Below, piece by piece: positions 60,704 through 64,000 of a DNA stretch of 64,000 bases. The notes under the pieces were generated by a model. That model had not been told where the DNA came from and did no database searches. It worked only from the letters and a program-made list of their open reading frames with translations. Made by a program: the position numbers and the translations under genes. This DNA is from an uncultured Acidobacteriota bacterium (GTDB lineage Bacteria; Acidobacteriota; Blastocatellia; RBC074), in assembly GCA_963796275.1 (NCBI GenBank), contig CAWCKY010000003.1:256001-320000 (forward strand), in the 5' to 3' direction. Each line of letters opens with the position of its first letter. Within the stretch, counting starts at the first letter, position 1.

Positions 60704-63199
60704 ATGAAGAAACGAATATTGAAGGTCGCGCTCATCCTGATTGCCGTGGTTACAGTCATGATCATTATCGCCGGACGCGACAAGCCGATGCAGCAGGTGC
60801 AGGATGAAGCGATGCGAGCGGGCCGTGATCTGGCATCATTTACCATAGCGGATGAAGATTATTTCCATGAGATGGATGGCGGGGTCGCGTTGACACCGGA
60901 TGAGGTGAAGGGTCGAAACACTTGGATTGTCTGGACTGGAGGCAACGATCGTTTCTGGGACGAGATCGCGAGGAGAAGCGTCGGAGGACTGGATCTGCTC
61001 AAGACGCTGTCGTCTTACGATCCGGAGAAGGATCTCCGCCACTCGGCCGAAGAACGTGAGCGGCTGAAGGGCATCTACAAGGCGAGCCGCGACAACCGCT
61101 GGCGCTATCTGGGTCTCGTTAATGAGCCGTGCTTTGAGAAAGCTATCGGACCGAACGAAAAGCGCTTCGGTCTCTGGTTGGATCGACGGCGGCCGGATTG
61201 CTCTTCAGATCCTTTCGAGAACGAGGAGAAATATCCGGGAGTAGCGATCGGAGCGCGCGGCAGCAACCTGACGGCCGGATCCTTCTATGGCTACGCCAGC
61301 GGCATCGTGGGTCTGCGTCTATTCCCGAACCCGGACTTCGACGAGCCCGCGGCAAAAAAATGGGATCCGGTCAGATACTATACTGATCCTTCATATTATG
61401 ATTCGAAAGATCTGATCAAGCCTTACCGGGTGGGTATGTCATGCGCGTTTTGTCATGTTGGCCCCAATCCGGTTAAACCGCCGGCGGATGCGGAGAATCC
61501 GGGATGGGAGAACCTCAGTTCAAACGTAGGCGCCCAGTACTTCTGGGTCGACCGCATCTTATCCTGGCAGGCGGACGAGACCAATTTCCTCTTTCAGCTA
61601 TTGCATACAGCGCGGCCCGGCGCGCTCGATACTTCGCTGGTTTCGACCGATTACATCAATAACCCGCGAACCATGAACGCCGTCTACCACCTCGGTCCGC
61701 GCCTCGGCGCAGCGAAGCAGTGGGGCAGGGAGAAGCTCTCCGGCGGCGGTCTCGACAACAAGCAGTTGAACGATTACGTGTCGAGCGGCCGGCTCACCGA
61801 ATTCTTCCAGCAGCCGGACATCGTATGGACGCCTAGCGTGTTAAAAGATGGCGCCGATTCAGCGGGCGCTCTGGGCTCCCTCAATCGCGTCTACCTCAAC
61901 ATCGGCCTCTTCGGCGAGGAGTGGCTATTGCATTTCAATCCGCTGGTCGGCGGCAAGCGGATCACGCCGATCGAGGTCAAGGTCGCCCGTAAGAATTCAG
62001 TCTATTGGCAGGCGACGGAGGCGCAGACGTTCAACATGTTGCTCTTCTTTCTCAAGGGCGCAACTCCGCATCGCCTGAGAGAAGCCCCCGGCGGACCGGC
62101 CTATCTGACCGAGAGCCGAGCTACGATCGATCGCGGCAAGGCAGTCTTCGCCGATAACTGCGCCCGCTGCCATTCGAGCAAATTGCCGTCACTCCCGAGA
62201 GGTTCCGATCTCGGCAACTGCGCCGGTCCGAACTATCTCGAATGCTGGAACCGGTACTGGAGCTGGACGAAGACGAAAGAGTTCAAAGCGAAGATGCGGG
62301 AGATCGTCATGGCCGATGATTTTCTGAAGGACAATTTCCTCTCGACCGATCTGCGCGTCCCGGTCACGCTTTTGCAGACCAATGCTTGCAGTCCGCTCGC
62401 CACGAACGCTATCGCCGGAAATATCTGGGACAACTTCTCATCGCAAAGCTATAAAGCGCTGCCGTCCGTCGGAACGATCACGGTTCATCATCCGATCACC
62501 GGCGAAGAGCGTCAATATCAGATGCCCGCAGGCGGCCGTGGCTATACGCGCCCGGCATCGCTGGTGAGCCTCTGGTCGACGGCGCCGTTTCTGTTGAACA
62601 ACTCCGTCGGTAAGTTCGAACCGAACCCCTCTGTCGAAGGCCGTATGCGATCATTTCAAGACTCGATCGAACAGATGCTCTGGCCGGAGAGGCGAAAGAG
62701 GGATGCCGTTCTGGGCGACGTGGTGCCCGGTGTTATCGACCGTACGACCACGACCAGCTACCTGCGGGTGCCTGCCGGCTATCTGCCCGATTTTCTGCAG
62801 GAGTTGCTGGATCCTGCGGCCCGCTATTTTCCCTGGTTGTTTTCCACCGAAGGGATCGAGATCGGGCCGATCCCTGCCGGCGTACCCATCAACCTGCTGG
62901 CCAACCTGGAACTGGTCCCGGAAAGCGACGATCCGGACGCGCAACTCGCACACGGGAAGCGGCTGCTGGCATTGCTGCTCAAGGCCAAGCGCGACCTGAA
63001 AGCCATACCGAAGGGCGCCACAGACGAAGACGTCCGCAAGGTCTTCGCGAACCTGGTCGAACCTCTCCTGGAGTTGAACAAATGTCCCGATTTCGTCGTC
63101 AACCGCGGCCACTACTTCGGGACCAGCTACTTCTCGGAAGAGCCGGGCCTGAGCGACGCCGATAAGAGGGCGCTCATCGCGTTCTTGAAGACCTTCTGA
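60704..63199 (+). CDS. large exported di-heme c-type protein (RoxA-like fold inferred)
   Basis: N-terminal signal/TM; CAFCH and CARCH heme motifs; WSTAPFLLNNS; C-terminal GH.FG...L...DK.ALIAFLKT. Confidence 0.75.
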   Translation: MKKRILKVALILIAVVTVMIIIAGRDKPMQQVQDEAMRAGRDLASFTIADEDYFHEMDGGVALTPDEVKGRNTWIVWTGGNDRFWDEIARRSVGGLDLLKTLSSYDPEKDLRHSAEERERLKGIYKASRDNRWRYLGLVNEPCFEKAIGPNEKRFGLWLDRRRPDCSSDPFENEEKYPGVAIGARGSNLTAGSFYGYASGIVGLRLFPNPDFDEPAAKKWDPVRYYTDPSYYDSKDLIKPYRVGMSCAFCHVGPNPVKPPADAENPGWENLSSNVGAQYFWVDRILSWQADETNFLFQLLHTARPGALDTSLVSTDYINNPRTMNAVYHLGPRLGAAKQWGREKLSGGGLDNKQLNDYVSSGRLTEFFQQPDIVWTPSVLKDGADSAGALGSLNRVYLNIGLFGEEWLLHFNPLVGGKRITPIEVKVARKNSVYWQATEAQTFNMLLFFLKGATPHRLREAPGGPAYLTESRATIDRGKAVFADNCARCHSSKLPSLPRGSDLGNCAGPNYLECWNRYWSWTKTKEFKAKMREIVMADDFLKDNFLSTDLRVPVTLLQTNACSPLATNAIAGNIWDNFSSQSYKALPSVGTITVHHPITGEERQYQMPAGGRGYTRPASLVSLWSTAPFLLNNSVGKFEPNPSVEGRMRSFQDSIEQMLWPERRKRDAVLGDVVPGVIDRTTTTSYLRVPAGYLPDFLQELLDPAARYFPWLFSTEGIEIGPIPAGVPINLLANLELVPESDDPDAQLAHGKRLLALLLKAKRDLKAIPKGATDEDVRKVFANLVEPLLELNKCPDFVVNRGHYFGTSYFSEEPGLSDADKRALIAFLKTF

Positions 63200-63200
63200 T

Positions 63201-63656
63201 TAGTTTTTAGTTTTCAGGCTTTTATTAAGGCATAAAGCATCTTTTGTAGTTCTGTTATTCGATAATCGAGGTCGGAGCTTTTACCACGAGCAATAAAACA
63301 CAGCTGTTCAGCGATGATGCGCTGTGTATCGAGTTCAGCTAATGATCCAGTACGATTGATAAGAAATGGAGGAACTCTTTTGACCTTTGTCGCGCCTGTC
63401 CTTCGGCAATGTTTGATGGGATTGAAACAGACGCTCGTTTAATTTGATCCGTAATTCTATACAATTCGCTCTTGGGAAATTGGCGCACACTTCGTAGACA
63501 TAAACACACAACTCAATGCTCTTTTTCCATACCATCAAATCACGGGACGACTGGGATTTCATATAAATACCTTTCCAGGGTGGCCGAAGGTAGAAGTTAA
63601 CATAGCAACGAAAATCTAAACTGAAACTCGAAAACTAAAACTAAAAACTAAAAACT
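63201..63656. repeat. heptamer arms flanking the four-helix-bundle gene
   Basis: tagtttttagttttcag (63201-63217) and aaactgaaactcgaaaactaaaactaaaaactaaaaacta (about 63618-63656). Confidence 0.85.
63214..63562 (-). pseudogene. four-helix-bundle protein (23S rRNA IVP/bAvd-like) with two apparent 1-nt deletions
   Basis: Across three frames: RDLMVWKKS...FP / ELY.ITDQIKRASVSIPSNIAEG...EFLHFL / GSLAELDTQ...LQKMLYAL; 349 nt against 351 for an intact frame. Confidence 0.85.
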
Positions 63657-63659
63657 ATC

Positions 63660-64000
63660 ATGGCAGATTTCGACTATATCATCGTTGGGTCCGGTGCGGG
63701 CGGCGGGCCGCTGGCAGCCAACTTGGCAAGCGCAGGATTCAGAGTGATGCTGCTGGAGGCCGGCGGCGATCCCTGTGCGAACAGCGAGCTCGGACGTTTG
63801 ATGTATGAGGTGCCGATCTTTCACGGCCTCTCGACCGAGTTCGACGAGTGCCGGTGGGACTACTTCGTCCGTCATTACGCCGACGATGCGAGGCAGAATC
63901 AGGACAGTAAGATAGTTAAGGAAGACCCGGTCAGTAACATCGAAGTGAATGGCATCTGGTACCCGCGCGCCGGCGCACTGGGTGGCTGTACGACTCACAA
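63660..64000 (+). CDS. GMC family oxidoreductase, N-terminal part, runs off the window
   Basis: MADFDYIIVGSGAGGGPLAANLA...LLEAGG...YPRAGALGGCTTH; missing from the ORF track. Confidence 0.9.
   Translation, partial: MADFDYIIVGSGAGGGPLAANLASAGFRVMLLEAGGDPCANSELGRLMYEVPIFHGLSTEFDECRWDYFVRHYADDARQNQDSKIVKEDPVSNIEVNGIWYPRAGALGGCTTH

Noticed and set aside
63214-63562. Diversity-generating retroelement suggested by the Avd-like gene
   Set aside because: No reverse transcriptase and no TR/VR pair with adenine-specific mismatches is visible in the window.
63648-63998. 116-aa minus-strand ORF at the right edge
   Set aside because: It is antisense to the clear GMC oxidoreductase N-terminus starting at 63660.

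Overview
A 64 kb window of ordinary bacterial chromosome, most likely Acidobacteriota (Blastocatellia-like). That assignment is inferred from the carboxypeptidase-regulatory-domain TonB receptors, the yicC-gmk-rpoZ-coaBC-udg order and the Tat-exported Gfo/TIM-barrel proteins. It holds tRNA-Val and tRNA-Asp, moeA-moaC-cheR, dapD with an M20 desuccinylase-like gene, and an IS4-family element inserted into a REP-like palindrome. It also holds two TonB receptors, a cobalamin-riboswitch-controlled btuFCD-DUF4430-btuB operon, and a possible glycolipid cluster (radical SAM, UgtP-like GT, SDR, DedA-PAP2). Further on are an msbA-like gene, yicC-gmk-rpoZ-coaBC-udg-murB, FdhF/YdeP, nfeD-slipin, recG-tsaE-nnr, slt-TPR and a large di-heme protein next to a GMC oxidoreductase. 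The ORF track misses several things. (1) A PrdB/GrdB-like selenoprotein is split at an in-frame UGA (UxxC) with a SECIS-like hairpin. (2) A dispersed family of inverted 7-mer and 9-mer repeat arms fills gene junctions and has entered housekeeping proteins; one copy encloses a four-helix-bundle gene and another a probable GxxExxY relic. (3) A rod-like structured RNA candidate of about 173 nt lies between the tRNAs and moeA. (4) One protein combines a coiled coil and GAF domain with a RomX-like C-terminus. Single-base frameshifts, including one in essential coaBC, suggest some indel errors in the assembly. All family calls come from recognising motifs by eye; no database search was run.
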